Source: Neodothiora populina
Lineage: Eukaryota
Direction: 5' to 3'
NCBI RefSeq assembly: GCF_041146345.1
Contig: NW_027191413.1
Span: 2,542,001 to 2,606,000, forward strand
DNA length: 64,000 bases
Shown here in pieces: positions 25,433 to 38,042 of this stretch. The notes under the pieces are model-generated. The model was not told the DNA's origin, searched no databases, and worked only from the letters and a program-made list of their open reading frames with translations. The position numbers and the translations under genes were made by a program. Every line of letters starts with the position of its first letter. Position 1 is the first letter of the stretch.

Positions 25433-26910
25433 ATGCCTCCTCCCTCGTCAGCATCATCATCCCGACCCACAACCCAATCACAAGCAGTCCAGCACACGGT
25501 GACTCCATGGCGATATCCATCGGATCTCCTGCATGTGCGCAACAAACTATATACGCCGACGACACCGGAAGAGCAAGCCCAAGCAATCGCCACCGTCGCA
25601 GCCTGGAAGCTACGCGGTAACGTGCCACACGCAGTAGAGAGTACCGCGCTGCTCTTCGACGCCATGTTGTTCCACGCCCGGACGATGAGCTCTTCCACCA
25701 CCACAGCTGCTCCATCAGATCCCGAGGGTGGCATCGGGAGCATCAGCAGCATGACAGTTTCCTCCCCAACGAGTTTCGCCCTACGCGCAGCCTACACGAC
25801 AGCACTATCGCGCTTCGTGACGGGCTTCGCGGACCTGGGCAGGCACCGCAGTGGGATCGGACAGAGCATGTTCGACGTGGCGCGCACAATTGCGCTGCCG
25901 ATGCATTTCGTGGAGCTGAGGCATGAGGTCGCGCACGAGGAGATGCCGGGGCTCGCGAGGCTGGTGCGTAGTGCTAGGGAGGCCGGGCAGTGGCTTTGGG
26001 GGGTTTATTGGGCGCGACTTGAGGAGGGTGATGGGGTTGACTCTTCGTCTTCGGCGACGTTGATGAAGGAGCACGCTGAGGTCTTGCCTCCGAGTTTACC
26101 TGCCGGGGCCATACGCGAGAGGTCACGGGCTGCATTGAGGGAGTTCAAGAGTCAACGGTTGGCTAAGCTGAAGGCAGGCAGGGGAAAGAAAGACGGAAAA
26201 GCTCAAGCTGCTATCACTTCTCGCGAGTGCGCGAATCTATGTCAGGGAGAGGAAAGTAGAGAAAGGTGGGACGAAGTGGCGCGTGTTCTGGTGGACGAGG
26301 GACTAATAATACCCGTGCTCAAAAAGTAAGTCTTCGAGCATCTGCTATGAACTTGCCAACGTCCATTTTTTAACTGTCCCGCAGACGTGGTCCTCTATCA
26401 GACACAGCTCTACAAGGCGCCTACTTGCTCTGGGACGAGCTCTTGCTCGAACTAAGGCTCAGCTCTGAAACTTTTATGGAAGTCTTCCTTGAGAGAGCGG
26501 TGTCGTACATTGCGGCTTTCACAAACTTCGATGACGACGATGACCGAAGCGATCCCGGGAAGTGGACCATTTACCGGTGGGTGATGCATATACTGTATTC
26601 GGAGCGATGGGTCCAGTCGAGAGCGTCGACTGCAGCGGATTGGGAGAGCTTGACACTCCTTGAATGCTCACTCTACCCCGGTGTCAAGTGGGTCCAGAAC
26701 TTGACGAGCGACGTCGAAGAAGCAGCCAAGGCAGCTAAAGACGACGTGACTTCTCCTGCAAGCGGTAGTCTCGACGATGCAAGTTCATCAAAGACGTCGA
26801 CCCGAGATGGGAAGAAGATGAATTCGGACTTTGCAGACGCTCCTGCTCAAAAACGACGGAGGTGGCGGCAGGACGACCTGTGGGAACCTATACCCATCGG
26901 TGTAGTGTAA
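25433..26910 (+). CDS. LAS1: Las1 HEPN endoribonuclease (pre-rRNA ITS2 processing); intron 26326-26384
   Basis: VTPWR, AWKLRGNVPHAVESTALL, LRAAYTTALSRFVTG, SMFDVARTIALP..FVELRHEVAHEEMP (HEPN R-x4-H), and C-terminal WEPIPIG. Confidence 0.92.
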
Positions 26911-26962
26911 GATGATAAGATATACCCAAACACAATGTATTAGACAATGGTTGTAAGCAAGA

Positions 26963-27685
26963 TCAGCCACCGCCGGCCTTGAGAGCTTCCTCCCGTTCGA
27001 CAACCTCCTTTTTGAATTTGATTAGAAAGACCGTCTTGCCGGGCCATAGCTCATCACCGCCGGCCCAATGCGCAGTGACACCATCTGTGCTGAACGCAGC
27101 AGCATCGCACACGCCCTCTATAATGCCCCCTACAAAGGCGGCGCAGTTCAACTGGCTCATTTCCTTGGGGATGCTAATGTAGGTGTTGACGAGCGGCTCG
27201 TTGTCGATGATCATGTACTCGTATTTGCTCGTGTTGCTCTGCTCGATATTGTCTGCGCTCCTGCCGAAAAGCGAGCGCCACAGCGTCGTGTGTATGAACT
27301 GCAACAGCTCCAGCAGTCGTGTCGGTCTCGATGCTGTGCGAGAGGGCAAACGGTAGAGCAGGAGGTCGAGCAGCTTGACGCCGATCGGGTAGGCCGAGGA
27401 AGCCAGGCGAGATTCGAGCTCTGAGACGCTCGGGGATCGTGAATGGTGGTAGGAAATGAGTGTGTTAAAGAGATGAGCAAACGAAGCTAGAGAGACGTCC
27501 GACGTCCGGCGGTTGAGGTTCTTGTCGTAGATGGTCTTTCGGTTGCTGGGATAGCGTAGCGGCGCATAGGCTGCTGGGGGAGGGAGGGGGGTGTATGTAG
27601 CTTTGGCTGTGGATGCTACAGACACTGAGGATGCCATGCCACCGGGCACGTCTGCGGCTGCTGCATCATGCTGCCGTAAAGACAT
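26963..27685 (-). CDS. TRS31: TRAPP complex subunit Trs31/TRAPPC5
   Basis: IYDKNLNR, SLASFAHLF, LLQFIHTTLWRSLFGR, EYMIIDNEPLVNTYISIPKEMSQLNCAAFVGGIIEGV, TVFLIKF. Confidence 0.95.
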   Translation of the reverse strand: MSLRQHDAAAADVPGGMASSVSVASTAKATYTPLPPPAAYAPLRYPSNRKTIYDKNLNRRTSDVSLASFAHLFNTLISYHHSRSPSVSELESRLASSAYPIGVKLLDLLLYRLPSRTASRPTRLLELLQFIHTTLWRSLFGRSADNIEQSNTSKYEYMIIDNEPLVNTYISIPKEMSQLNCAAFVGGIIEGVCDAAAFSTDGVTAHWAGGDELWPGKTVFLIKFKKEVVEREEALKAGGG

Positions 27686-28684
27686 GGTGTGTAATTATAT
27701 ATGGACCTTTGACAGAAGATAGATCGCTATACAGCGGTGGGCGAGTCGTGTAAGCGTTTTCTGCTCGTGTTATTTAGCCGTGTTGATCAAGCATCTCAGC
27801 ATCTAGACTAAGGTATCCATGGACATCTCGGGCACATACCAACACTGCACTTGCTGCAATCGGACATTCATCATTCGTTCCTTCCGCCAAGACGCATTCC
27901 CATGGAAGCAACAACTCCGGAATCGCCAAAAGCGGCCCTCCCCCCCCCAAAAGCCCGCCCGCATGAGGAGCCCGTGCGTCGCTATCACATGCCAATCGTG
28001 TAAACTGCTTTTGCCGTTTTCCCTACCTTGACACAAAAGGGCATAGTCCGACTCAGAGTTACGGTACCTCGAGTATCGTAGAGACATGGTCATAGGATTA
28101 TTCACACACTATCGTGCTGCTGTTCACGCTCAGGTGGACCGACATCCATGTCGTTCCACCGGCTCTCCAATCGCGGCGGCCATCATCTGATTTCAGATGC
28201 TACTCCGCCCCCGACTCCAGTCAGTGCAGAATATACTCGTATCATCCTCTCAAACCCGACTCCACTCTGACTGTTCATGTTCATGCCTATGCCTGCTGCA
28301 CCAGGTTGTCTTAGTAAGAGTCGTATATTAATAGGGTGACGTGGGGTGTGCAACGCGCTGCTTTCACATGTCAAAGCTCAAACCAGCCAGTGCCCAGAAT
28401 CAATTGCACCACAAGCCACCTGCCTGTACTCCATCCTGACTTTTGCTTGTCTATTGATAACCTCTTCTTGACTCCTTTAACCAAGCGAGCCCTGGAGAAA
28501 AGGGTTTGTTCCAGTCTCAAGTCTTGATCTCGTGCACTTCTTCGACATATCAAACCCGTTGACCCCGCATCACACTTCAAGCCTCCACGTGCAGCACAGT
28601 GAGACATACTTCTTCTTTCGAACGACTACGCCGACCTCTCTCACTCTCTCTGTTGCGGATCTTTTAAGTTTCAGACGTAGAAAT

Positions 28685-30322
28685 ATGGACAGGCTGCGAT
28701 CGAATGCCGTGATGCGCCCACAATCTACTAGGCGCTCGCAGAGATCCAGGAAGGCCAGAGATACGATTAACAAAGTCTTGCCGGACTTGTTGAAGTCATC
28801 GCCACGGGCGCGACATGGCGTACATAGCGCAAAGCTCGTAGTCGACCCTCCATCTCCCGAGACCAGTGTGGCATCAGGAGCCTCGTGCCCTATGACCATT
28901 CGCCTCCGCCAAACAGATACACTTACCGCTGCCCGTCAATTAACGCCTTCTTCCCGACATGCTTCCATATCAACCTTGACCGAGACTACACAGAAGCCCA
29001 AGAACGTCTGCGTCTTGTCCATGGCGTCCCCAGTCCGAGCTGGAGGCGGATTTCTCGAAGGCGCTACCAGCCAGGAAGAATTTCTGTGCATGAGGACTAC
29101 TCTCTACCCCTCCCTCTGGGATGATTTCTACTCACTTCCGCAGTTTGGTGGCATCATCACTCCTGATGTGATGGTTCACAGGGATAGCACTCCTGAGGCT
29201 GCAGACCTAACAAAGCGCGAGCGCTTCTTCGTAGATGTCATAAGTTCGAGCATGATGCGGTTTCCGGGGTCGGCCAACTCGAGGCGTTTCGAAGCCGACG
29301 AGGGCCTTGAGGCAGCGTGCAGCTGTGGTGTGAGCTACTGCGATCGTGATCGTGATATCGTCACCCAGAAGATGCGTGCAGTCTTACAGATTGCACAACA
29401 ACAAGGCGCAGAGAGACTCGTTCTCGGAGCCTGGGGCTGCGGTGCCTATGGACACCCAGCCAAGGAAGTGGCGAAAATCTGGAGGCGTGTATTACTCGGT
29501 GGTGCTAGGAGTAAAGCGAAGTGGACTGGGATCAAGGAGGTTTGTTTCGCAATTCACGATCGAACCATGTTGAGAGAATTCGAGAAGTGCTTCGCGGATG
29601 TTGCCACCCAGGAGCCTGCTCTCCCGTCACCTTCTGAACCGGCAGAGTCCAAGGTCGAATCGCAAAAGGTATCGACTTCGGACGTGATTTGTGAATTGGT
29701 CTCCAAGATCCAGGAGACAGAACTCCAGCTAGACCAACTCAACAATCCGCGGAGCAAAGCTCGTCTCCGTGACGTGCTCGCCGAACTGAATCGGCAACTA
29801 GCCCACGTCGGTATGGAAGAGGACGAGGATGAAATGCAGCCGGATGATCCTGATGACGAGGAGGCGGATGCGTTGGACGACGCAACCATGCACGGCATTG
29901 CAGCCTCGGACGGTGAAGACAATAGCTACTACAATTTCGACTCTGACGATGTTGCAACCTCGGGATCGGTGTCGCCCGATGCCAGCGACCTGTACGAATT
30001 CAAGATACCCGATGCATCAGCATCAATACATCATTCCTTACAACAGACAAGTGGCAACGCCAGACCCGACACAACAATGAGCGCGAGTGGCTTCAGCTCC
30101 TATGAGTGCGTTAACGACGTCGGCATGAGCCCTGAAGGACAATTCGATCATAAAAGTGGCTGGTTCAGTGGCTCCATCAATGGCTTGAGCGCTTTCCTCT
30201 CCAAGCCAACAAGACCGCCGGGTAGCCCGGTGCTGAGGCCTAATTCGTCCGACATGGAGGTTGATGGGATCGGAATGGGCTTGGATGCATATTTGAGGAG
30301 GTTTTCGAGTGATGGGGCATAA
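28685..30322 (+). CDS. DUF2263/TIGR02452 macro-fold protein (bacterial-type PARG-like) with acidic C-terminal tail
   Basis: VLSMASPVRAGGGFLEGATSQEEFLCMRTTLY fits GGG-x6-8-QEE. LVLGAWGCGAYGHP and VCFAI follow. The first ATG is at 28685; the track's GTG start is unlikely. Confidence 0.85.
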   Translation: MDRLRSNAVMRPQSTRRSQRSRKARDTINKVLPDLLKSSPRARHGVHSAKLVVDPPSPETSVASGASCPMTIRLRQTDTLTAARQLTPSSRHASISTLTETTQKPKNVCVLSMASPVRAGGGFLEGATSQEEFLCMRTTLYPSLWDDFYSLPQFGGIITPDVMVHRDSTPEAADLTKRERFFVDVISSSMMRFPGSANSRRFEADEGLEAACSCGVSYCDRDRDIVTQKMRAVLQIAQQQGAERLVLGAWGCGAYGHPAKEVAKIWRRVLLGGARSKAKWTGIKEVCFAIHDRTMLREFEKCFADVATQEPALPSPSEPAESKVESQKVSTSDVICELVSKIQETELQLDQLNNPRSKARLRDVLAELNRQLAHVGMEEDEDEMQPDDPDDEEADALDDATMHGIAASDGEDNSYYNFDSDDVATSGSVSPDASDLYEFKIPDASASIHHSLQQTSGNARPDTTMSASGFSSYECVNDVGMSPEGQFDHKSGWFSGSINGLSAFLSKPTRPPGSPVLRPNSSDMEVDGIGMGLDAYLRRFSSDGA

Positions 30323-30883
30323 ACGCCCTTCCGGGTTTTCGTTTTCTGTTGCTTTGTTCTCTGGTCCTTGGAAGAGAAGATTCACGGTCGAGTCTTCGCA
30401 TGGAGTTTGGATGCATGGTCAGGCGTTGTTCAGTCACCTCGAGTGCGGAAAGTGTTTATAGTGAGCGGGGTATAGCTGTTATCGGGTTATTCTGGGGGTT
30501 AGCATCAACTGGAAAGGTCAGGATCTCCTTAAAAAGAAAGGGCCTTTACGTATGAATGAATCACAAAGACATGAGTAAAATCAAGGCCATGGTGCCGAAG
30601 TCGCTCCTGTAGAGTGTTTCATTTCTTCGTTACCATGGGTATCGCTAGGTCTTCCTGTGTTCATTGCCTCCCAATTCAAAGTCAACCAACTCCACGCTAA
30701 AGGTCACTTTTTGTAATTCATGTATTGACTCGTACGAGCAAGGTCGCGTACGTCACTAGCAACGCCAACACCGCTCAACGCGCTTTTGGGTGGGTTACGA
30801 GCAGTGCCAGCTGTCTTAGCGTCAGGCCCCTTGCGAGTTCTGGAGTGCGTCGCTTGAGATCCGCGGTTGCCATCGCCAGCATG

Positions 30884-32116
30884 CTATGCCAGGTCTGGAT
30901 CAGGGAGCCAAAGTACAACCTCTGTGCCAGCGGTGGCAAGCAGATTATATCTTGGATTGACGCCGACAATGGTACTGATTTTGGGGGCCGGTAGGTCAGT
31001 GATGGGATCCATCCTGCCTTCGCGATTCTTCTGGCCCTGGTCGACATCCCACACCAACAATCCCGGCTGAGCGGATCCGGACACGACGTAACGGCCATCA
31101 GAGGTGAAACAAGCATCTCCCTGTAGCGAAGAGGTGTGGTGTGAAGCAGGGGCACCATTTGATTGTAGGATGGATGGAAACGGTGTCGGCCCATGAGCTC
31201 GGTAGAGGTATGCCTCCAGCTTGCCTTCGAATGCGTCCAGTACAAAGTGGCCCGGTCCATTGGTACCGAGGAGGATGTACTTCCCGTTGTTGCTGAATTC
31301 GAGACTGGTCCAGCCTTCGCCTTGCTTCTGAGCGTAGTGCGAGAAGCGACGTTCGATCTCTTGAAGGTCAAAGGTAGCAAAGGGAGGCTTGTCAAAATTT
31401 CGCAGGTCGTACAGGAGGATGGACTGCGTGGGCGGTGAGGCAATGGCAATAACACTCGCCGAAGGATCGTACGCAGTCAGATAGGCACCGTATAGATTAA
31501 GACTACCCTGGGGAGAAGCCGAACGCAAATCCCATAATTTGACCGTGTCATCCAGTGAAGCAGACAAGAAAGTATCGTTGCTCGGACACATTGTCAAGGC
31601 GGTGACACGCTTGGTGTGGCCTTTGAAGTAACGGATGTAACTGTTGTCATGGGTAGACAGATAGCGAATGCCGTCATCCACTTTAGTGGAGGCGTAGATG
31701 ATCGAGTTGGCATGGTGAGTGAACCTAGCCAATGCGCATCCGTACTTCTGAGACTTCAACTCTTTTGCATGGGCACCAGCCTTGGTGTTGTAGATTTGTA
31801 GCGTGTCATCAGTACGGGCCAGGAGCATCAACTCTCCAGAGGTGTCGAAGTCAAGAGAAGTGCATTGCACGCCAGGAGATTTGAAAAGCTGCAGTCGCGG
31901 CGGACTAATGTCAGAATCTAGGCTGATGTGGATTTGATGTTATACATGGAAAGCATGGATTTGTTGAACGGGCGGAGTGCAGCTGTGATGGATGGTATAA
32001 AAATGGTTGGGAAAGTACTGTGATACGTGAAATTGTTGACGTACGCGTGTTGGACGATAGGTCGAAATGACATCGCTGACTTTGGCAGCTGCTGGTGCAG
32101 CATTATCAGCGCCCAT
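30884..32116 (-). CDS. SWD2: WD40 subunit of COMPASS/CPF (Swd2/WDR82); intron 31889-32044
   Basis: SLDFD..GE, LKSQKYG, IRYLSTHDNSYIRYFKGH, LYDLRNFDKPPF, LEFSNNGKYILL. Exon 1 reads MGADNAAPAAAKVSDVISTYRPTR. Confidence 0.93.
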
Positions 32117-33038
32117 GGCGATTGTGGTTTATTTGCGACAGTCGCTTTCTATCGCCGGGTCTGATGAGGCGACGCTTTGTTGAGCACTCAGTCCTCGCAA
32201 TGGTTCTACGCGTTGTTTGCTCAGACCAGAGACAAGACCCGCTATGCTGTATGTCTAGATAAGGTATGGTATGGATGTCAAGTAACAGCTTATGCTGCCG
32301 CTTACTTTGTCCTGCAACTGGTAACAATTGTAGAAGTGAAATGCGGGAACTGTGTAGCGATAAGATAAGAAGGAACAAACTCCAGGGATTCAGATCAATA
32401 CAAGAATCAAGTACCGGAGAACTACCGTCACCCAGAGATCGAGTTAATCCAAGAACATAACTCGCCTCACCTTGCCTCGCTTCACCCGTCTACTGTACGG
32501 AGTGCCCTGGACATTATTATCGATATACGCAGGCAAGTTTGGATCTTGTACATGATCTTGATAGTTCTGTTATCTGAACATTCTGTCGTTCAACAGTGTC
32601 TATTCAGCTTGCGCATCAATGCGCATCGCAACAAATACTTCGTCCACCCGCAAAGAGGTACAATAGAGTGAGGGAAAGGTAAGGTACCTTAGTACACGCA
32701 CTAAAAGGATTAAAGGTGTGCCGTTGGAAAGCGACGGAAGAGCAGTAATAATCGACATCATAGCTATTGCGAGGCCGACGTCGGACTTGTCTAGCACATT
32801 ATGGGTCAGCGCCAGCAGATCTAAAGTTACCGTACACTCACAGAGGACTTATAATAGTATTTTGCTCGTTGTGTGTCATGCGCGGCCATCTCTAGTACTT
32901 ACTATACTATAATATTGCCATAGTACGCCCTTGATCTGCCTTTGACGCTCCTATAGCAGTGTTCCGAAAGGTCAATTGTACACATTATCAGGCCGAATCT
33001 CGGGCATCGCAACTCGCGTACTCTCGCGCTCCTCCAAC

Positions 33039-34223
33039 ATGTCGACGACCATCGGGTATGAGCAAGACAGGGCACAACCTACCAATCGAGCCGTCAGTCG
33101 CTGACCATGATGTAGTTCTTTCCTTGCCGGTGGTATCGCAGCATGCGGTGCAGTCACCGTCACTCACAGTTTCGAGACGGTCAAGATCCGGTATGCTGCT
33201 CGTCGACACGTATTATATGCATCCACCTAGTCTTATGCTGCGATCAGATTACAATTGCAAGGAGAGATGCAAGCCTCCAAAGATGCGCCCAAGTTGTACC
33301 GAGGTGTATTGCACGGCGTTTCCGTCATCTTAAAAAACGAGGGTCTCCGCGGTCTCTTGAGAGGTCTCAATTGCGCTGTAAGCACCATTGCCGCTGCCGA
33401 GTGGTTGGACCACTTTTGCCCATTCATACTGACAGAAGCCAGTATCTGTACCAGATAGTCCTCAACGGATCGCGCCTTGGCTTCTATGAGCCTATTCGCT
33501 CTCATGCCAACTCCCTCTACCTACACAAGTCTCTGTCCCATTCAACGGACGCAGATTCGAGAGCCTTGCAGAGTCTGCCAATCAACGTTCTTGCGGGTGC
33601 TAGTTCTGGAGTCATCGGTGCCATGCTCGGTTCTCCTTTCTTCCTCATCAAGACGCGATTACAATCATACTCGCCTTTCCTGCCTGTAGGAACACAACAC
33701 AAATACAGAAATGCCACGGACGGTATGAGACAAATCTACAACGCCGAGGGCATCAAGGGATTGTACCGTGGTGTCGGTCCTGCCATGGTGCGCACAGGAT
33801 TCGGCTCCAGTGTGCAGCTTCCAACCTACTTCTTCGCAAAGCGACGTCTTGTCAGACATTTAGGTATGGAGGAAGGTCCCGCATTACATCTCATGTCATC
33901 GGCATGCTCTGGCTTCGTCGTGTGCTGTGTCATGCACCCCCCAGACACGGTCATGAGTCGCATGTACAACCAGACTGGCAACCTCTACAATGGCGCTTTC
34001 GACTGCCTTTACAGGACTGTCAAGACAGAAGGTCTTCTGGCTGTGTATAAGGGCTTCTTCGCTCATTTGGCGCGAATCCTTCCGCATACGGTGAGTTATC
34101 TCACTTGACAATATCGCTTGTATATTTGTACTGATAATACTGCGACAGATCATCACTCTCAGTCTTGCTGAGCAGACCAACAAGCTCATGCGCAAAATCG
34201 AGGATCGGGTATTGTCAAAGTGA
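33039..34223 (+). CDS. OAC1: Mitochondrial oxaloacetate carrier; introns 33056-33115, 33191-33247, 33378-33442, 34091-34148
   Basis: FLAGGIAACGAVTVTHSFETVKIRLQLQGE, LNGSRLGFYEP, GSPFFLIKTRLQSYS, RTGFGSSVQLP, HPPDTVMSRMYNQ, HLARILPHTI. Confidence 0.93.
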
Positions 34224-35820
34224 ATGCGCTGAAACCCGAAATGTATATTGCAGCGGGGCTCACAGGACCAGAGCACTCAACCTGACGTGAGGCTGAAGTC
34301 TGTTGCGTCCATTTGGTCAGAGACGAAAGCGTTCACAGGTGAATGTGGTCGAGTCCTACCGACCAAGGACATTTCGCTCTGGATGATACCCTGGGAAACT
34401 GCAGCATCTGGGTTGTTTGATTACGATAAGCCACCCATTAGCTAGGGGCATCCCGAGCGAAGACGTTAGGTCTAGCTAGAAGCAGAGACTGGGAGATGTT
34501 CCGAGACCTTCTTCGCCCACCTCCGATAGTGCCACATTCGCGCACGATTGTCCAGGAAGTCTGTCGGGGTGTAGAGCAACAACATACCAATCAAGAACCC
34601 AAATATGCAACAGCTGACTCTCCCGTATCCATTGATACTGAACAGATGTGACACTAGGTACTGGACATAACGATAGTACATGCGTAGCCTACCTTAGCAT
34701 CCGGATCCGACTCCTCGATGATCACGCACTCAGTTTCCAGGCAATGAAAATAGGAGGCATCATCGTTTGCTAACATATTATTAGGTTGGTCTCGTTACCT
34801 TGAAATTACCTGATCTATTGCATGTTCCGACGGAAGTCATCGGCTTTACCTGTACAAAGTAGATGGCTCCCCAGAAAGGGACCATCTTGCTTTGCGGAGC
34901 CCCAGACCTAAGCCGCTGCTTTGCGGGGGGCTGAGTATCGGGGATCGACCAGGACCCCCGCTTAGAAGCGAAAGATGATATAACGGAAATACTGTTTGTG
35001 CCTGCAAGGTACGATGTCCCAAAGCGCGTTACTCGACATATTGTGGACGTACAAGGATTGTTTTCTGGTTGCCACCAGTCATGCATCGCGCCGGACGTCG
35101 TCATGCACGCGAAGACAAAACGAAAGTCAACGTTCGACGGGAGAAAAAGTGCATTGCTCAATGAACCATCCCCAACGTCCACGAGATGATTGACTTACCG
35201 AATAGATCTCTTGAGATGCAACATCGACGGAAGAACGGTCTTCTTCTTTCCAGTTGGTCAGACCACGCGTCGTTGTATAAGCCAAAGACACACCCCCTCC
35301 TAAGGTAATTATCGCAGAACACCTGAGCTTCAGCTGACCCAGCGTGGGAATCCTGAGAGACAAGTCTTGCTTTCCCCCTCCCCTTGCGTGGGTTATGTGA
35401 ACACTAAGACCGACACAAACCGACGTCATGTGATACCAAACACAAAGTAGGCACCCAGAGGCAGGTACCTTAGCATGCACCTCTCTCCTATTTATTACAT
35501 GTGCATGGTAGCCATGCATCTTTATCTTCATAATCCGCCTTCGGAGCTGAAGATATCTCACCGCTTTGCTATAAATACATGTTGCTGCACGATCCTTGCT
35601 TAGCTACCAGAAACAGTCTTTGTTGAAACTTCTACTATCTTGGCAGTCACTGTGTTTATAACCCTTGTAGTGAACACCAGAGAAAAGAGCAAACACTACA
35701 GTACCCAGTTTTGACAGACCGAGTCGTGGAAAAGCGCGTTGTAGGTAGCGAGAACCATTTAAGTCACACGAGAGCGACGGCTGATTTCGGTCAAGTCCCC
35801 CTGAGAACAGAGTCTGCAAG

Positions 35821-38042
35821 ATGTCACCCATTATGGAGACTCCTCCTCAGACCAGAGATTCATCTCCCAGGAAAAACGCCGACAAGAGAATGTCTGGGCC
35901 AAATTTGACGAGGACCATAATCGAGGGATGGCAGCGGACCACGAGTCTGCTAGCAGGTGCTCAGTGTACCATCGATGGTGAATCACTGGACATTCCCGCT
36001 ATTGTGGCTGTGGGCAAGTAAGTGATAGAACCATCAAACTTAGCGACTTTGTGACTAATAGTTGTAGATATGGCGTTTCCGCAGCGCTCTCGCACGACTC
36101 CAGCACCCTCAAGAAAATCAATGACAGTGTTGAGATGCTCAGAACCCATCTGGAGGGCGGGCATCTGGTTTATGGAGTTACCACGGGCTTCGGTGGGTCC
36201 GCAGATACACGTACGACGGATCTCGAGAGCCTCCAGCTCGCCTTGGTGCAGCACCAGAACTCAGGAATCTTGACGAGCCGTGACATTGGCCGTAATCAAT
36301 CTACACATGCGATAAGCAGTGTCTGGCAGAGCCGCAACATGGATGCCGACTTCTCAACAAACTCAATGCCAACCTCTTGGGTCAGAGCTAGCATGCTCAC
36401 TCGGTGCAATTCGATGATTCGAGGCCATTCTGCAGTCAGGATTGTCGTTGCTGAGACCATACTAGAGCTGTTGAAACGCAACATTACTCCAGTCGTGCCA
36501 CTCCGTGGAAGTATTTCTGCATCTGGGGACCTGAGCCCTCTTTCATACATTGCGGGTGCCATCCAAGGTTGTCCTGATATCTTCGTTCGGTGCGGCAACG
36601 AGATTTTGACCGCCGATGTGGCTCTGAAACGTGAGGGCATCTCGCCGATCACACTGGGCCCCAAGGAAGGCTTGGGTCTTCTTAACGGAACAGCTTTCTC
36701 AGCAGCAACAGCGTCTCTTGCATTGCACCAAGCCCAGGAACTAGCTTTGCTGTCCCAGGTCCTCACTGCAATGGCAGTTGAAGCACTACGTGGAAGCGCT
36801 GAATCCTTCTGGCCTCAGATCGCGCATATGCGACCTCACCCTGGACAGATCGAGTCAGCGAGTAATATATTGGCATTCTTGGAGGCATCTGAACTTGCGC
36901 AATGTGTCAAGGGAGCCAAAGACACCAAGATGACGGGTCTGTATCAAGATCGATATGCTCTCCGGACCGCATCACAGTGGATAGGTCCACAGCTCGAGGA
37001 CCTTTGTCTCGCTCAGTCTCAGCTGACCATCGAACTTAATTCCACTACGGACAATCCACTCATGGACGTTGAGAGCGATCACATATTGCACGGAGGCAAC
37101 TTTCAGGCTGCGGTAGTAACGTCTACGATGGACAGGACACGTCTCTGTCTCGAACGTCTCGGCAAGATGATGTTCAGTCAGGCCACTGAACTTATCAACC
37201 CCCTGTTCAACAAAGGCCTCCCGGCAAACCTCGCGGCAGACGATCCCTCCCTGTCTTACACATGCAAGGGAATCGACATCAACATGGCATCGTACATGTC
37301 TGAGCTGGGATTTCTGGCGAATCCCGTCGGCAATCATGTGCAATCAGCAGAAATGCACAATCAGGCTTTGAACTCGTTGGCTCTTATTTCGGCACGCTAT
37401 ACCTTTCAGGCTTTGGATGTGCTCTATCTGATGGCTGCGGCTTACCTGTTCACGGTATGCCAAGCGCTGGACCTTCGTGTACTCGAGGTAATGTTTATGA
37501 ATAAGGTCAAGGATGAGCTCCAAGACCTCGTGCAGACTACTTACGGGACAAGCGATGACGCGCTGGTTAGAGGAGTTTGGCGACGCTTTCTGGTCAAGTG
37601 GCCAGCAACCAGTACTCTGGATCTCCACCAGCGGTGCGAGGAGACAGGCGATGCCATGCTGGTAGATATTGTCAAAATCGGCGCATCTGGCTCTGGCACA
37701 CTCGACCTTGTGGCCGCCGAGAAATTTACTACGGATGTCAGGACGTTGCTTCAGGGGATCTACGAACAAGCTCGAGTGGAGATGTTCCGCAACCACGAAA
37801 CTCTTACACCCGGCTACCTTGGCAACGGGACAAGACGAATGTATCACTTTGTGCGACGAGGTCTAGGCATCAGGATGCATCAGGGTTTGGCTGAGCATCC
37901 AACGCCGCCCGCAGCAAATGACACCAAGGAGCAGCAGGAACGGAGGACGATTGGCAGCAGGATCAGCGTGATTTTCGAAGGCCTCCGAGATGGGAGGGCG
38001 ATGGATGTGCTGGTTGCATGCGCGGGACAGGCGTATCGTTGA
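35821..38042 (+). CDS. PAL: Phenylalanine/tyrosine ammonia-lyase (MIO enzyme); intron 36018-36067
   Basis: VYGVTTGFGGSADTR, RGHSAVR, PLRGSISASGDLSPLSY (MIO-forming ASG), PKEGLGLLNGT, QDRYALRTASQW, HGGNFQA, AEMHNQALNSLALISAR. Confidence 0.95.

Noticed and set aside
28532..28684. In-frame non-AUG N-terminal extension of the DUF2263 gene (and 57052-57189 for OPI1)
   Set aside because: Pyrimidine-rich leaders often lack stops by chance. Eukaryotic initiation at the first ATG explains the data.
34300..35560. Minus-strand ORFs between OAC1 and PAL
   Set aside because: No recognisable motifs or coherent exon chain; more likely PAL promoter or intergenic DNA.
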